Assembly (NCBI GenBank): GCA_046598345.1
Contig: JBKJIT010000004.1
Span: 137,226 to 201,225 of the forward strand
From: Minisyncoccia bacterium
Lineage (GTDB): Bacteria; Patescibacteriota; Minisyncoccia; Phycocordibacterales; UBA918
Direction: 5' to 3'
Length of the DNA stretch: 64,000 nt
Shown here: piece after piece, positions 1-10,315 of the stretch
How positions within the stretch are numbered: the stretch's first letter is position 1
Layout: each line of letters begins with the position of its first letter
The notes under the pieces: generated by a model
What the model saw: the letters and a program-made list of their open reading frames with translations, nothing else
What the model was told of the DNA's origin: nothing
Databases searched by the model: none
Translations under genes and position numbers: made by a program

Positions 1-1
1 A

Positions 2-1453
2 TTGAGCTTTTGAAACACGGGGGCCTGTGGCTGTGTCTTCGAGAGAATATCCTTTGAAGTTAATTGCTTCACGGATGCGATCAGCTTCATCCCAGTTTTG
101 CACCATACGAGCTGCTTCGCGCTGATCCAAAAGTGCTTGAATTTCTTCAGGTACTTCGTCGGGTTCGATGATACCAAGTTCGCGCACCACTTCGTCTGGG
201 TCATCAGAAAGGCCAAGGTCTAATACGGAATCTATTTCCTTCAGTGTCGCGACTTTGTCTCCTGGAGAAAGGGAACTGTCTTTCACAATTTCCCACATAA
301 GCGCAATCGCTTTGGGTGTATCAAGGTCGTCATTTATGGCGGCATGGAATTTCTTCCGGTATTCTTCGTTTATTTCACCCGCTGCATTTTTATACTCTTC
401 AAAAACGTACCGCTTCAGACGAAAGAGTGCTTGCTTACTTGCTTCGAGGGCCTCGAAGGTAAAGTTAATTGGAGCACGATAATGTGCCGTAAGGAGCCAG
501 TAGCGATATGTTTCTGGAGAAATGCCACGCTCCGCAAGATTCTTGAGGCGGATGCCATTTCCAAGAGATTTCGCAATCTTCGTTCCGTCAATTCCGAGGT
601 GCGCGTTATGGAGCCAGTACGAGACGTAGAGCTTGCCCGTTATCGCCTCAGCCTGGGCGATTTCACCATTGTGATGGGTATATTTAAGGTCTTCGCCCCC
701 TGTGTGCACATCAATTTGCTTCCCAAGAGTCGCAAATATCATAGCGGTACATTCGATATGCCATCCTGGGAAGCCTTTACCCCAGGCGCTGTCCCAACCC
801 AGAAGCCCCTTTTTCCAAAGTGCAAAATCTGCAGGGTGTTTCTTCTCTGTGTTAATCTCCACGCGAGCGCCGCTCCGCATCTTCTCCAGATCAATATTCC
901 CCAGTTTTCCGTACGTAGGGAATTTGGAAATATCGAAATAGACGCCGTCCGAGGTTTCATATGCGTAGCCTTTTTCAATCAGTGTCTGTATGAGTCGGAT
1001 TTGTTCTTCCACGTAATCGCTCGCAGGGGTGTACTTAGTTGGAGGAATATTTCTAAAATCAATATTGTCTTCTTTAAAAGAATCCATGTATGTTTCCGCT
1101 ACCTGACGCATCGCTGTGAGTGTGGCTGGAAGTCCTTCTCGCTTTAGTGCCTTCATCATTTTGTCTTCTCCAGCGTCACCATCATCGGAAAGGTGCCCAA
1201 AATCAGTAAAATTGATCACATGTTTTACGGTGTAGCCGTTATACATCGCAACGCGCTTAATGAGGTCAGGGAGTAGATATGCACGCAGATTACCGATGTG
1301 GATGTGGTCGTAGACAGTTGGCCCACATGAATACATCTTGAGTGTTCCTGGTGTAAGTGCTACAAACGCTTCAGATTTTCCTGTAAGCGAATTATAAAAA
1401 TAAAGTGGGAGACCTGGCACGGCTGCCTTTTTTTTCTCAAAAAATCCAAACAT
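2..1453 (-). CDS. cysS: Cysteine--tRNA ligase (3' end runs off the window)
   Basis: Reverse translation from ATG at 1453: MFGFFEKK...MYSCGPTVYDHIHIGNLRAY, INFTD, GFPGWHIEC, DVHTGGEDL, KMASASR; class I CysRS motifs. Missing from the ORF track because the stop lies outside the window. Confidence 0.95.
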   Translation of the reverse strand, partial: MFGFFEKKKAAVPGLPLYFYNSLTGKSEAFVALTPGTLKMYSCGPTVYDHIHIGNLRAYLLPDLIKRVAMYNGYTVKHVINFTDFGHLSDDGDAGEDKMMKALKREGLPATLTAMRQVAETYMDSFKEDNIDFRNIPPTKYTPASDYVEEQIRLIQTLIEKGYAYETSDGVYFDISKFPTYGKLGNIDLEKMRSGARVEINTEKKHPADFALWKKGLLGWDSAWGKGFPGWHIECTAMIFATLGKQIDVHTGGEDLKYTHHNGEIAQAEAITGKLYVSYWLHNAHLGIDGTKIAKSLGNGIRLKNLAERGISPETYRYWLLTAHYRAPINFTFEALEASKQALFRLKRYVFEEYKNAAGEINEEYRKKFHAAINDDLDTPKAIALMWEIVKDSSLSPGDKVATLKEIDSVLDLGLSDDPDEVVRELGIIEPDEVPEEIQALLDQREAARMVQNWDEADRIREAINFKGYSLEDTATGPRVSKAQ

Positions 1454-1514
1454 ATCTGTTAGTTTACCAAAAAATGGCTTACATGCGAACCCTCTTACGT
1501 TAGTCGGGTTACTT

Positions 1515-1637
1515 AGGATGTTTAAAAATGTATCAGATCCGCGGCGACAAAACACGAGAACGTGAGGCGTATACCCCATACGATGAGCGTTTGAGGGTTG
1601 CAGTCAATAAAGGAGCTGAGCGATTTTTAAACATCCT
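1515..1637 (+). repeat. Intergenic structured hairpin element, family II copy 1
   Basis: Terminal inverted repeat AGGATGTTTAAAAAT / ATTTTTAAACATCCT. Internal motifs AGATCCGCGGCGAC, GAGGCGTAT-loop-ATACG and CAATAAAGGAG are shared with 5981-6101 and 13068-13177. Confidence 0.7.
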
Positions 1638-2548
1638 TAAAGCCAATGCTTGTATCGGAAAAACCCAAAAAAGCAAATAGTCGCACTCACCATAATTCCC
1701 ACAATAATCCAGAAATCCCATTCACCCCCGACGATAGGTGTGGATTCAGTATTCATACCGAATGTTGAGGTAAGGAGAGAAAGGGGAAAGGTAACGAACG
1801 CCATAATCGTAAGAATTTTCATAATCTCATTTTGCTTTGTGGTGAGGAGTGCAAAGTTTGTCTCGCGCAGATCGTTCAGTGCTTCAAAAAGAGCAGAAAT
1901 TCTTCTCAGGATATGACCGTAGCTATTAAGAAGGTTTTTAATGTCTTCCTCAAATGATTTTTTGTACACCTTCTCAAAGGGGACTGAGAGGTCTTCAAGC
2001 ACATCATCGTGTGTACGAATGACGTGTCTAAAAGTAATCATTTTTTTGCCCAGTTTTGAAATATCAAATACCACCTGCTTCTCTTCGTTTTGATCCACTC
2101 GTTCTTCAATTTCTGAAAGACGTGACTCTAGATAGTCGAGCTTTGATCCCATCGCAGCATACAGCTCACGCATGAGAAGTATAAAGAGATACGCGCCAGT
2201 AAGCTTTGTCTCTGTGCGATTTAATGTGGTCTGTACCTCAAACGATTTCTTAAATCGATCCGTTGCCTCCATGTCCTCATATTGCACAGTAATAAGTACA
2301 TTTTTTGCAATAATAAACTTAAGCTCGTGCGGATGTTTGATGTCGTTCCGTTTCACAATAGGGAAACTGAGCGTGACTTTGATGTACCCATCTACGCACG
2401 AAACACCACTCTGATTGGATTGGAGCGAGAGATCACTCGCAAAGGTAAGCGGGACACTATATTCGGTCAAGATTTCCTGAATCTCCTTAATAGTAGGTCG
2501 ATTAAGGACGACCCACGTCAACTTTCCCTGTGTCAAACGATCTATCAT
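1637..2548 (-). CDS. corA: CorA-family divalent cation (Mg2+) transporter
   Basis: NEIMKILT...FGMN signature followed by two C-terminal TM helices. Confidence 0.9.
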   Translation of the reverse strand: MIDRLTQGKLTWVVLNRPTIKEIQEILTEYSVPLTFASDLSLQSNQSGVSCVDGYIKVTLSFPIVKRNDIKHPHELKFIIAKNVLITVQYEDMEATDRFKKSFEVQTTLNRTETKLTGAYLFILLMRELYAAMGSKLDYLESRLSEIEERVDQNEEKQVVFDISKLGKKMITFRHVIRTHDDVLEDLSVPFEKVYKKSFEEDIKNLLNSYGHILRRISALFEALNDLRETNFALLTTKQNEIMKILTIMAFVTFPLSLLTSTFGMNTESTPIVGGEWDFWIIVGIMVSATICFFGFFRYKHWL

Positions 2549-2623
2549 GCATATATGGTATCACGCATGTATGTGGGGTGAAGTTGTTTCTTGAATAAAC
2601 AGAGGATAGTGTGAGATAATCGA

Positions 2624-3910
2624 ATGACTATGATCGAAGAAAATATCACACACGCAAAGGACACTGAGATTGGTACCATTCCAAATGTTCGGGGAGGTCG
2701 CAGCTTTCCGCTTCTTGGTATTGGACTTGCGATACTTCTTGCAACAGCGACGTTTTTTTCAGGTATGTATTTGGCCTCAGGTCCAAAGCTTGAAGCGAGT
2801 GTCGGATCGTTTTTCTTGCCACCAGTTGCTGACCCGACAATAAACCTTGATGAATTTTGGCAGGTGTGGAAGTTGCTCGAAGAAAAATTTGCTGCGGGAA
2901 CAACAACGGATCCGATTTCAAATGAGGAACGAATATATGGAGCCATTGAGGGACTTGTTGCGTCCTATGGTGACCCGTACACCGTATTTTTACCACCTAA
3001 GCAAGCAGAACTTTTCGAAGACGATATTTCCGGCAATTTTAGTGGGGTAGGTATGGAGGTGGGTATCCGTGATGATATCCTAACGGTCATTGCGCCGCTT
3101 CCTGAATCTCCAGCAGAAAAGGCAGGTATTCTTGCAGGGGATTACATTGTTCGTATTGATGGAACACAAACAGAGAACATGAGTGTTGACGAGGCGGTGC
3201 GGCTCATTCGAGGAGAAAAAGGAACTGAAGTGAAACTTACGCTCCTCCGTAAAGATACTGAAGAACTCATTGATATTTCCATTGTGCGAGACACGATTTC
3301 AATTCCTACCAGTAAGACTGAGATAAAGGATTCTGTCTTTGTTATTTCACTCTACAGCTTCAATGCGCTTGCGGAGGCAGAGATGCAGGATGCTCTTCGT
3401 CAGTTTGTAAAAAGTGGAAAAAAGCGTCTCGTGCTCGATCTTCGAGGAAACCCTGGTGGGTACTTACAGGGTGCAGTTGGGATTGCGAGTTATTTCCTTC
3501 CCGTTGGAAAAGTGGTGGTGCGAGAAAGCTTCAGTGAGAGCGAAGAGGAGCATGTGTATAGGAGTACCGGAAAAGTAGTAGGAAACTTCAATCCAGACAA
3601 CTTTGTTGTGCTCGTCGACGGTGGTTCAGCCTCCGCCTCAGAGATTCTCGCTGGTGCGTTAAAAGAGCAGGGAGTAGCAACGATTATTGGAGAGCAGACT
3701 TTTGGAAAAGGTTCTGTCCAGGAACTCGTAAATCTTTCGGACGGCTCTTCACTTAAGGTCACAATCGCAAGGTGGCTTACACCAAACGGAACTTCCATTT
3801 CGCTCCAAGGCCTTGCACCAACCATTGAAGTTCTACGTACCGCTGAAGATAGAGAGGCAGAAAAGGATCCTCAGCTTGACGCCGCAATTGATTTCTTGAA
3901 AAAACACTAG
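2624..3910 (+). CDS. ctpA: S41 carboxyl-terminal processing protease with PDZ domain
   Basis: N-terminal TM, GDPYT, GVGM PDZ, LDLRGNPGG, SASASEI, GEQTFGKGSVQ. Confidence 0.93.
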   Translation: MTMIEENITHAKDTEIGTIPNVRGGRSFPLLGIGLAILLATATFFSGMYLASGPKLEASVGSFFLPPVADPTINLDEFWQVWKLLEEKFAAGTTTDPISNEERIYGAIEGLVASYGDPYTVFLPPKQAELFEDDISGNFSGVGMEVGIRDDILTVIAPLPESPAEKAGILAGDYIVRIDGTQTENMSVDEAVRLIRGEKGTEVKLTLLRKDTEELIDISIVRDTISIPTSKTEIKDSVFVISLYSFNALAEAEMQDALRQFVKSGKKRLVLDLRGNPGGYLQGAVGIASYFLPVGKVVVRESFSESEEEHVYRSTGKVVGNFNPDNFVVLVDGGSASASEILAGALKEQGVATIIGEQTFGKGSVQELVNLSDGSSLKVTIARWLTPNGTSISLQGLAPTIEVLRTAEDREAEKDPQLDAAIDFLKKH

Positions 3911-3984
3911 ACCACAGGGTGCATTTGAAGCCCAGCGTGAGTTTGATATGATAGCGCGTACACCATTACTAGGTAACCCGGCGT

Positions 3985-4425
3985 ATGAAAGTAATACTCT
4001 TAAAAGATGTGGCCCGCATGGGGCGTCGCGGGGAAATAAAGGAGCTTCCGTCCGGCCATGCGCTTAATTTTCTGATACCTCGAAAGCTTGCAGTTCCTGC
4101 AACGCCAGAAAACCTGAAGCGTCAGCAAGCCCTAATTACAAAGCATAAGGAAACAGCAGAAGCATCGCAAGCTTCATTTAAAGATGCTCTCGCAATGCTG
4201 GCTACAACACCAGTCGAGCTCGCGGCAACTGCGAACGCTAAGGGTCACCTTTTTAAAGGAATCAAGGCGACAGATATCAGTGAGCGACTCCTTGAGCTTG
4301 GGTTTCATATTTCTCCGGAATCCATACATCTTACGGAGCCACTTAAGGCAGTGGGCACGCATGAAGTACCCCTCGTAGCGGGGAAGGAGAAAGGATCATT
4401 CACACTTACAATAATTCAAAAATAA
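3985..4425 (+). CDS. rplI: 50S ribosomal protein L9
   Basis: MKVILLKDV..MG..GEI...GHALNFLIP N-terminal L9 motif; 146 aa. Confidence 0.93.
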   Translation: MKVILLKDVARMGRRGEIKELPSGHALNFLIPRKLAVPATPENLKRQQALITKHKETAEASQASFKDALAMLATTPVELAATANAKGHLFKGIKATDISERLLELGFHISPESIHLTEPLKAVGTHEVPLVAGKEKGSFTLTIIQK

Positions 4426-4427
4426 CC

Positions 4428-5141
4428 ATGGCAAGTATGAAACAGGTGTTAGGCGTTATTGGAGTCTCTATTCTCATTGTCGGGCTTATTGGATTCTGGG
4501 TAGAATCCAAGCAGGTACCAACAGAAACACCGCTTCTTGCAAACAACGACACACTCCCCGCGCCGCTTGTTGCAGAAGAGCTTGAAATTAATCATCCAGA
4601 TATCACAAATTCTATGAATAGCATTGCAACCGTAGAGACAAATAAAGGCATTATTAAGCTTGAGCTCTTTGAAGATCAGATGCCGATTACAACCGGTAAC
4701 TTCATTAAGCTTGCAAATGAGGGATTCTACAATAACACTAAGTTTCACCGTGTGATTGATGGATTTATGATTCAAGGAGGAGATCCAAACACAAAGACAG
4801 CGAACGTGCAGTCATATGGAACGGGTGGACCAGGGTATACCATTCAGGACGAATTCGTTGCTGGTGAACTCCTTACCAACACGCGCGGTACGATTGCAAT
4901 GGCAAACACGGGTCAACCCAATTCCGGAGGAAGTCAGTTTTTCATTAACACAATCGACAATACACAGCTCGACTTTGATAAGCCACCATTTACATCTCGC
5001 CACCCTGTATTCGGCCGGGTGATTGAAGGAATGGATATCGTGGATGCAATTAGCGGTGTAGAAGTAAACCCGCAATCAAATCTTCCGCTTGAAGCGATTA
5101 CAATTAGTGGAGTAACAATTACAAAACCAGACGCAGAATAA
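4428..5141 (+). CDS. Cyclophilin-type peptidyl-prolyl cis-trans isomerase with N-terminal membrane anchor
   Basis: FHRVIDGFMIQGGDP, GTIAMAN, SGGSQFFI, HPVFGRV. Confidence 0.95.
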   Translation: MASMKQVLGVIGVSILIVGLIGFWVESKQVPTETPLLANNDTLPAPLVAEELEINHPDITNSMNSIATVETNKGIIKLELFEDQMPITTGNFIKLANEGFYNNTKFHRVIDGFMIQGGDPNTKTANVQSYGTGGPGYTIQDEFVAGELLTNTRGTIAMANTGQPNSGGSQFFINTIDNTQLDFDKPPFTSRHPVFGRVIEGMDIVDAISGVEVNPQSNLPLEAITISGVTITKPDAE

Positions 5142-5150
5142 AGGCGTAGT

Positions 5151-5195
5151 AAGCAAAAAAATCCCCGGCGCCTTGCGCCAGGGATTTTTTTGCTT
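5151..5195. terminator. Bidirectional rho-independent terminator between convergent PPIase and rpmA
   Basis: AAGCAAAAAAATCCCCGGCG-cctt-GCGCCAGGGATTTTTTTGCTT inverted repeat with A/T tracts on both sides. Confidence 0.85.
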
Positions 5196-5478
5196 ACTTA
5201 GTAGCAGCCTGAATGCTCACGATTTTCTTAGATTTGATCGTACCATCGAAATGTACCTTACGGACATTCTTGAAAGACACCTTTCCAGGAGTGAGTGCAA
5301 AGAGTGTGTGGTCAATACCGACAGATACATTTTTTCCTGCCATGATTCGGGTACCACGCTGACGCACGATAATATCTCCAGGCTTTACAGTCTGACCATC
5401 AGATCGCTTAACACCCAAATATTTTGGATTTGAGTCGCGTAGGTTTTTTGCTGATCCTCCAGCTTTTTTGGTTGCCAT
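5194..5478 (-). CDS. rpmA: 50S ribosomal protein L27
   Basis: [24 protein letters not shown]...IIVRQRGT...DHTLFAL. Confidence 0.97.
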   Translation of the reverse strand: MATKKAGGSAKNLRDSNPKYLGVKRSDGQTVKPGDIIVRQRGTRIMAGKNVSVGIDHTLFALTPGKVSFKNVRKVHFDGTIKSKKIVSIQAATK

Positions 5479-5545
5479 GGTGTGTTAAGGGGTAAAGCGA
5501 TCCGTAGATGCATTTCTCCCGTCTCTAATACTGTATAATAATCGC

Positions 5546-5983
5546 GTGAGTATACAAGAAATACGTGAAAATATCAAGCGATTCATAGGGAATCCAGATA
5601 TGGTTACCACACTCCTCCTTGTGCTCGTTTCAGTAGCTTCTTTTGGTCTTGGGCGTGTGTCTGCCCTACAGGGATTTCCCTGGGATGAGGGACAAAATAC
5701 GGCAGCAATAACCCCTATTCCGGTCTCAATTGACCCACTTGAGATTAAAGCCGTACAAGCCGTTGGAACAGTGGAAAGCGGAGTGGTGTCTGAAGTGGCA
5801 CCTCCGGCAGAAACCCCTGTTTCAGCAAAACAGTATGTAGGCTCAAGGAATGGTACAAAATACCACCTCCCATGGTGTGCTGGAGCAAAGCAAATTAAAG
5901 AAGAAAATAAGGTTTGGTTTGGCACGAAAGGGGAGGCTGAGAAGGCAGGGTATGCCCCTGCCTCCAACTGCAAAGGAATCTAA
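5546..5983 (+). CDS. Membrane-anchored protein with C-terminal Ada-like metal-binding domain
   Basis: TM segment, then YVGSRNGTKYHLPWC...AEKAGYAPASNC; TATAAT 6 nt before the GTG start. Confidence 0.7.
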   Translation: MSIQEIRENIKRFIGNPDMVTTLLLVLVSVASFGLGRVSALQGFPWDEGQNTAAITPIPVSIDPLEIKAVQAVGTVESGVVSEVAPPAETPVSAKQYVGSRNGTKYHLPWCAGAKQIKEENKVWFGTKGEAEKAGYAPASNCKGI

Positions 5984-6101
5984 ATTCAATGTAAGGGCAA
6001 TCTGCTTTGTTGCCTGCATCATTTTTGTTTTCAACGTATAGGCATACGCCTCAAACAAAAATGACTTGTCGCCGCGCATCTCGCTCCTTACATAGAATTT
6101 A
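5981..6101 (-). repeat. Intergenic structured hairpin element, family II copy 2
   Basis: Terminal IR TAAATTC-n-ATGTAAGG / CCTTACAT-n-GAATTTA. Minus-strand motifs AGATGCGCGGCGAC, GAGGCGTAT-gcct-ATACG, CAACAAAGCAG. Confidence 0.7.
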
Positions 6102-6412
6102 CCTCAAAGTTTCCGTCGCGTTTCGATCATTTGCTCCACGCGCTGTAAGAAACCACAGCATGGTCACCCTCTCTACGAGAGCAGTACACCTTTCGCAATA
6201 ACCGCTCAAGGATCTTGCGAAGCTCCAGGTATTCGCTTCTCACCTCGTTCGCGCCTCGGACTGCCTCCAAATCTGTGAGTTAGATTAGATTGCTTTAAAA
6301 ATGCTTGCCGCCTCGTGTCTGCAGACCTCGAAAAAGTTTTTTAAGTCCTTGTGGATTGAATATGCTATGATTTTAATCTTATTAGGCGCTATTTAAAATT
6401 CATAATAACTTG

Positions 6413-7144
6413 ATGGCATGGCTCGTAAAAGCAAAGAAGTATCTTTTCGAGATACTTCAAGTCTTAATGGCTACACTTCAGCCATTTTTTAAAAAATACC
6501 TCACCTGTAAATTGGTTAGCTTAGTAATAGGAGTTACGTCGCTCATTTTATTGATTGTGATCTTCGCTTCATATTTTCTCGTGCATCACGAGGCTTCAAC
6601 GTATATTTATACATCAATTTCGGATCTGCCAGATGCACAGGCTGTACTTATACCCGGTGCGGCAATATTACCTGATGGAGTTCTCTCTCCCGTCTTAAAA
6701 GATCGCGTAGATACAGCAATCGAAGTGTATCGTGCTGGGAAAGTCTCAAAAATCTTGGTGACCGGTGACAACAGTACACTCGCTTACAATGAGGTAAATC
6801 CCGTTAGACTCTATCTTCTTGAAAAGGAAGTGCCTGACGAAGATATTTTCCTCGACCACGCTGGATTTAATACCTACAGTAGTATGTATCGTGCACGGGA
6901 CGTTTTCTTGGTTGAATCAATGATTATTGTGACACAGTCATTTCATCTCTCGCGTGCAGTGTATACGGCAAAACATCTTGGTTTTACCGCTTTTGGCATA
7001 AGTGCTGATCAGGGACAGTATCTACAATCAAATTACACACGGGAGCTTTTTGCTAATGTAAAACTTATGATTGATCTTCTTTTTCATACCCAGCCAAAGT
7101 TTCTGGGTGATGAAATTCCCATAACCGGGGGTGGAACCATATGA
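6413..7144 (+). CDS. SanA/ElyC (DUF218) family envelope protein
   Basis: N-terminal TM; L.DR.D.AIE.Y..GK...IL.TGDN, LDHAGFNTY.SMYRA, VTQSFHL.RA; start uncertain. Confidence 0.85.
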   Translation: MAWLVKAKKYLFEILQVLMATLQPFFKKYLTCKLVSLVIGVTSLILLIVIFASYFLVHHEASTYIYTSISDLPDAQAVLIPGAAILPDGVLSPVLKDRVDTAIEVYRAGKVSKILVTGDNSTLAYNEVNPVRLYLLEKEVPDEDIFLDHAGFNTYSSMYRARDVFLVESMIIVTQSFHLSRAVYTAKHLGFTAFGISADQGQYLQSNYTRELFANVKLMIDLLFHTQPKFLGDEIPITGGGTI

Positions 7145-7160
7145 GAGAAGGAAAGATAAC

Positions 7161-7823
7161 TTACCACTCGATCGGCTTTTGGACGTGAGCTTCTAAATAC
7201 TCATTCGTTTTACTAAAATGCCTGCAGCTGAAAAAGCCATTATACGCAGAGAAAGGGGAAGGGTGCGCAGCTTTCAGTACACAGTGTTTTGTAGGATCTA
7301 TTAAATATTCTTTGCTCTGTGCGAATTTACCCCAAAGTATAAAAACCACATGTTCTTTTTCCTCTGAGACTTTCTTAATGACCGCATCCGTAAACTCCTC
7401 CCAACCGAGTCCTTGATGTGATCCGGGTTTGTTTGCCTCTACCGTGAGCGTTGCATTCAAAAGCAACACACCTTGCTCTGACCATGCCTCAAGGTTACCG
7501 GTCTCGGGAATTACTTTACCGACATCGTTTCGTAATTCCTTGTAAATGTTTTGAAGTGATGGGGGAACTTTGACACCTTCTTGCACCGAAAAACTAAGCC
7601 CATGCGCCTGACCTTTCCCGTGGTATGGATCCTGTCCAATAATAACTACTTTAACTTTTTCAAACGGGCAAAGTTTAAATGCATTAAATACAAGATTTAG
7701 GGGAGGGAAGACAGTTCTCTCTAAATACTGAGAACGTATGGATTGTGATAGAGCCACAAAATAGGGAGCTTTAAACTCGTCCTCAAGAATTTTTTTCCAT
7801 GATTCTTCCATTTTCACGCTCAT
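7161..7823 (-). CDS. ung: Uracil-DNA glycosylase, family 1
   Basis: GQDPYH, AHGLSFSV, PPSL, GVLLLN, HPSP motifs. Confidence 0.97.
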   Translation of the reverse strand: MSVKMEESWKKILEDEFKAPYFVALSQSIRSQYLERTVFPPLNLVFNAFKLCPFEKVKVVIIGQDPYHGKGQAHGLSFSVQEGVKVPPSLQNIYKELRNDVGKVIPETGNLEAWSEQGVLLLNATLTVEANKPGSHQGLGWEEFTDAVIKKVSEEKEHVVFILWGKFAQSKEYLIDPTKHCVLKAAHPSPFSAYNGFFSCRHFSKTNEYLEAHVQKPIEW

Positions 7824-7906
7824 ATGGTGCTCATTGTATATGAAACGCAAAAGGTGCCAAGACGGATATTCCGCATTCTGTATTATGAATATGATATTCT
7901 ATAGCC

Positions 7907-8500
7907 ATGATAATCATCGACATCGAGGCTTCGGGGACAAATTACGAGAAACATTCGATTGTTTCCTTGGCGGCGCTAGATATTGAGAATCCGGAGAATC
8001 GCATGTATGAAGAGTGTCGAATTTGGGACGGCGCACATATATCTCCAGAGTCGCTCGCAATTAGTGGGTTTAGTGAGGAAGAGGCGCGTGATCCTCAAAA
8101 GAAGTCAGAAGGGGAGGTAGTCCGCATGTTTTTAGAGTGGTCTCAGCACTTTGCAGATCGAACACTTGTCGGTCAGAATGTTTCATTCGATCGTGATTTC
8201 CTCAGGGCAGCATCCGAGCGAGAGGGACTTTCTTGGGATTTGGCACACCGAACGCTCGACACTCATTCATTTTGCTACATGCACATGGTGAAGCGTGGCA
8301 TAACGCCACCCATTGACCCCGATCATCGCAGATCAGCGCTCAACATGGATGCAGTACTGAACTATTGTGGTATTCCTGATGAACCTCAACCTCATAACGC
8401 ACTTACGGGAGCTCTTTGCCACGCTGAAGTTGTATCCCGACTTCTGTACAACAAAAAATTACTCCCTGAATTTGACGCATTTCCTATACCTTGGAACTAA
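7907..8500 (+). CDS. DEDDh 3'-5' exonuclease (DnaQ/RNase T-like)
   Basis: DIEASG ExoI, QNVSFD ExoII, HNAL ExoIII-like. Confidence 0.8.
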   Translation: MIIIDIEASGTNYEKHSIVSLAALDIENPENRMYEECRIWDGAHISPESLAISGFSEEEARDPQKKSEGEVVRMFLEWSQHFADRTLVGQNVSFDRDFLRAASEREGLSWDLAHRTLDTHSFCYMHMVKRGITPPIDPDHRRSALNMDAVLNYCGIPDEPQPHNALTGALCHAEVVSRLLYNKKLLPEFDAFPIPWN

Positions 8501-8570
8501 GACCATTCGCTGTCCACGACATTTTTGATGCGTACGTAGTCCGAGTGAAGGCACGTGGTACTATATATTC

Positions 8571-9377
8571 ATGAGTTCACCGAAAACTTCTGGAGGAATC
8601 ATTCCATCATTTGCCCTTCCTAAGGCACAGGCGATTTTTCCAACTTTTTCTCCAAAAAAGAAAAAAAGTAAAACTCCTGAAGGCCGACAAAAGAAAATGC
8701 ATTGTCGTGTGATGACTGATCTCTTTGAGACTGATGATGCTGTGCAGTCATGGCGCGTTTTTCGCATCATGTCTGAATTTGTTCAAGGATTTGAAGTCCT
8801 CCGAAAGTATGGAACTGCCGCCACGTTCTTTGGAAGTGCGCGTACGTTGCCCGGAGAAGTATCCTATAAAGCGGCAGAAGAGCTTGCTGCACGTCTTGCA
8901 AAGAATGGCTTTGCAATCATTACCGGCGGCGGTCCAGGAATTATGGAAGCGGCAAATGTCGGTGCGTACAAGGTGGGCGGATTGTCAGTAGGACTTAATA
9001 TCGAACTCCCTATGGAGCAGAAGCTTAATCCGTACGTAACTGAATCTGAAAATTTCCATTTCTTCTTTTCACGAAAGGTTATGCTCTCATTTGCATCGGA
9101 AGTCTATGTGTATTTCCCAGGAGGTTTCGGTACACTCGATGAACTTTTTGAAATTATTACGCTTATTCAGACTAAGAAAATCAGTAAAATTCCGGTTGTA
9201 CTCTACGGAAAGGAGTTTTGGACTCCACTTCTTACTTTCATGCGGAATGGACTCGGAAAGGAGTTTAAGACGATCACACCTGAAGACATGGATCTCATGC
9301 ATCTCGTTGACTCTGTCGATGAAGCATATGCATATATTACGAAGCATGTAGAGCCAGTTTCCGAGCGGCAAGTGTAA
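8571..9377 (+). CDS. LOG-family nucleotide monophosphate phosphoribohydrolase
   Basis: FGSAR, TGGGPGIMEAAN, RK, PGGFGTLDE. Confidence 0.92.
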   Translation: MSSPKTSGGIIPSFALPKAQAIFPTFSPKKKKSKTPEGRQKKMHCRVMTDLFETDDAVQSWRVFRIMSEFVQGFEVLRKYGTAATFFGSARTLPGEVSYKAAEELAARLAKNGFAIITGGGPGIMEAANVGAYKVGGLSVGLNIELPMEQKLNPYVTESENFHFFFSRKVMLSFASEVYVYFPGGFGTLDELFEIITLIQTKKISKIPVVLYGKEFWTPLLTFMRNGLGKEFKTITPEDMDLMHLVDSVDEAYAYITKHVEPVSERQV

Positions 9378-9381
9378 GTCT

Positions 9382-10314
9382 ATGTCAAACCATTATTTAT
9401 CACGCATACAGACCTTCACGGAGGACACGCTTCCTGATTTGGATGAGGTTGTCTGTGCTGCGCTTGAACTTTTTAGTGAAACTGCATCAGCGAGACTTGA
9501 TGTATATACATATACAAAACCGCTTATCATTGGAAGCGCCAATGCAGGGAGTACAGGGAAAATTCTATTTAAAGAAACACGTGCACTCTTTGCAGATGAA
9601 AGTACCTACCATGAGGTTTTGATGCGTAACTCGGATATTGATGCCGTATATATTATCTCTGCGTCGGGAGGGAAGCATGCTGTTCGAATTGCTGAGGAAC
9701 TTCAAAAACAAGAACTCCCGGTAGTACTTATTACATCGAATAAAGAAGCACCGGGAGCGGCATTTGTTAAGGAAGTGCTCACATTCCCACACATGCGGGA
9801 GCCGTATACGTATAATACTTCAACGTACATGGGCATGATGCTCGGCATGAGTTCTGAATCTCCAAGTGATATTCTTACCTTTCTTGAGCAACAAGTTCAG
9901 CCACGTATACCCAAAAACTTAGATCAGTACCAGTCGTTTATTCTTATGGTGCCGGGAATCTACGAGGATCTACGTCCCATGTTCGAAACAAAATTCGATG
10001 AGCTCTTTGGTCCGTATGTACGTGGGCGTGCCTTTACCGTGGAAGAAGTAAAGCATGCCAAAACAGTCATTCCGTCAGAAACAGAATTTTTTATAGATTT
10101 TGGTGGTGAACAAGATCTTTTTGGAGATAGTGCACATAGACTTCATATTCCTCTTCCACAGAATCATGGTCCTGTCGCACTCTTTGCGCTCGGATACTTT
10201 GTCATTGGACACATTCAAAAACAGAGTCATCCGTATTTTAAAGAACATATTGCCGAGTATGCTGAGCAGGCTTCAAAACTATTTGATCAGCATATTTCAG
10301 TGATTGTTGAGTAA
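9382..10314 (+). CDS. SIS-domain sugar-phosphate isomerase-like protein
   Basis: IIGSANAG and IISASGGK resemble SIS loops; K.DE and E.KH in the second half; directly precedes a ROK kinase. Confidence 0.55.
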   Translation: MSNHYLSRIQTFTEDTLPDLDEVVCAALELFSETASARLDVYTYTKPLIIGSANAGSTGKILFKETRALFADESTYHEVLMRNSDIDAVYIISASGGKHAVRIAEELQKQELPVVLITSNKEAPGAAFVKEVLTFPHMREPYTYNTSTYMGMMLGMSSESPSDILTFLEQQVQPRIPKNLDQYQSFILMVPGIYEDLRPMFETKFDELFGPYVRGRAFTVEEVKHAKTVIPSETEFFIDFGGEQDLFGDSAHRLHIPLPQNHGPVALFALGYFVIGHIQKQSHPYFKEHIAEYAEQASKLFDQHISVIVE

Positions 10315-10315
10315 T

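Noticed and set aside
344-1147. 267-aa + strand ORF
   Set aside because: Antisense shadow of cysS, whose motifs are clear on the minus strand.
6105-6280. RNase P RNA or tmRNA in the structured intergenic region
   Set aside because: GAGGCAGTCCG only loosely resembles GAGGAAAGTCC. No matching 3' P4 strand, tRNA-like ends or tag reading frame was found.
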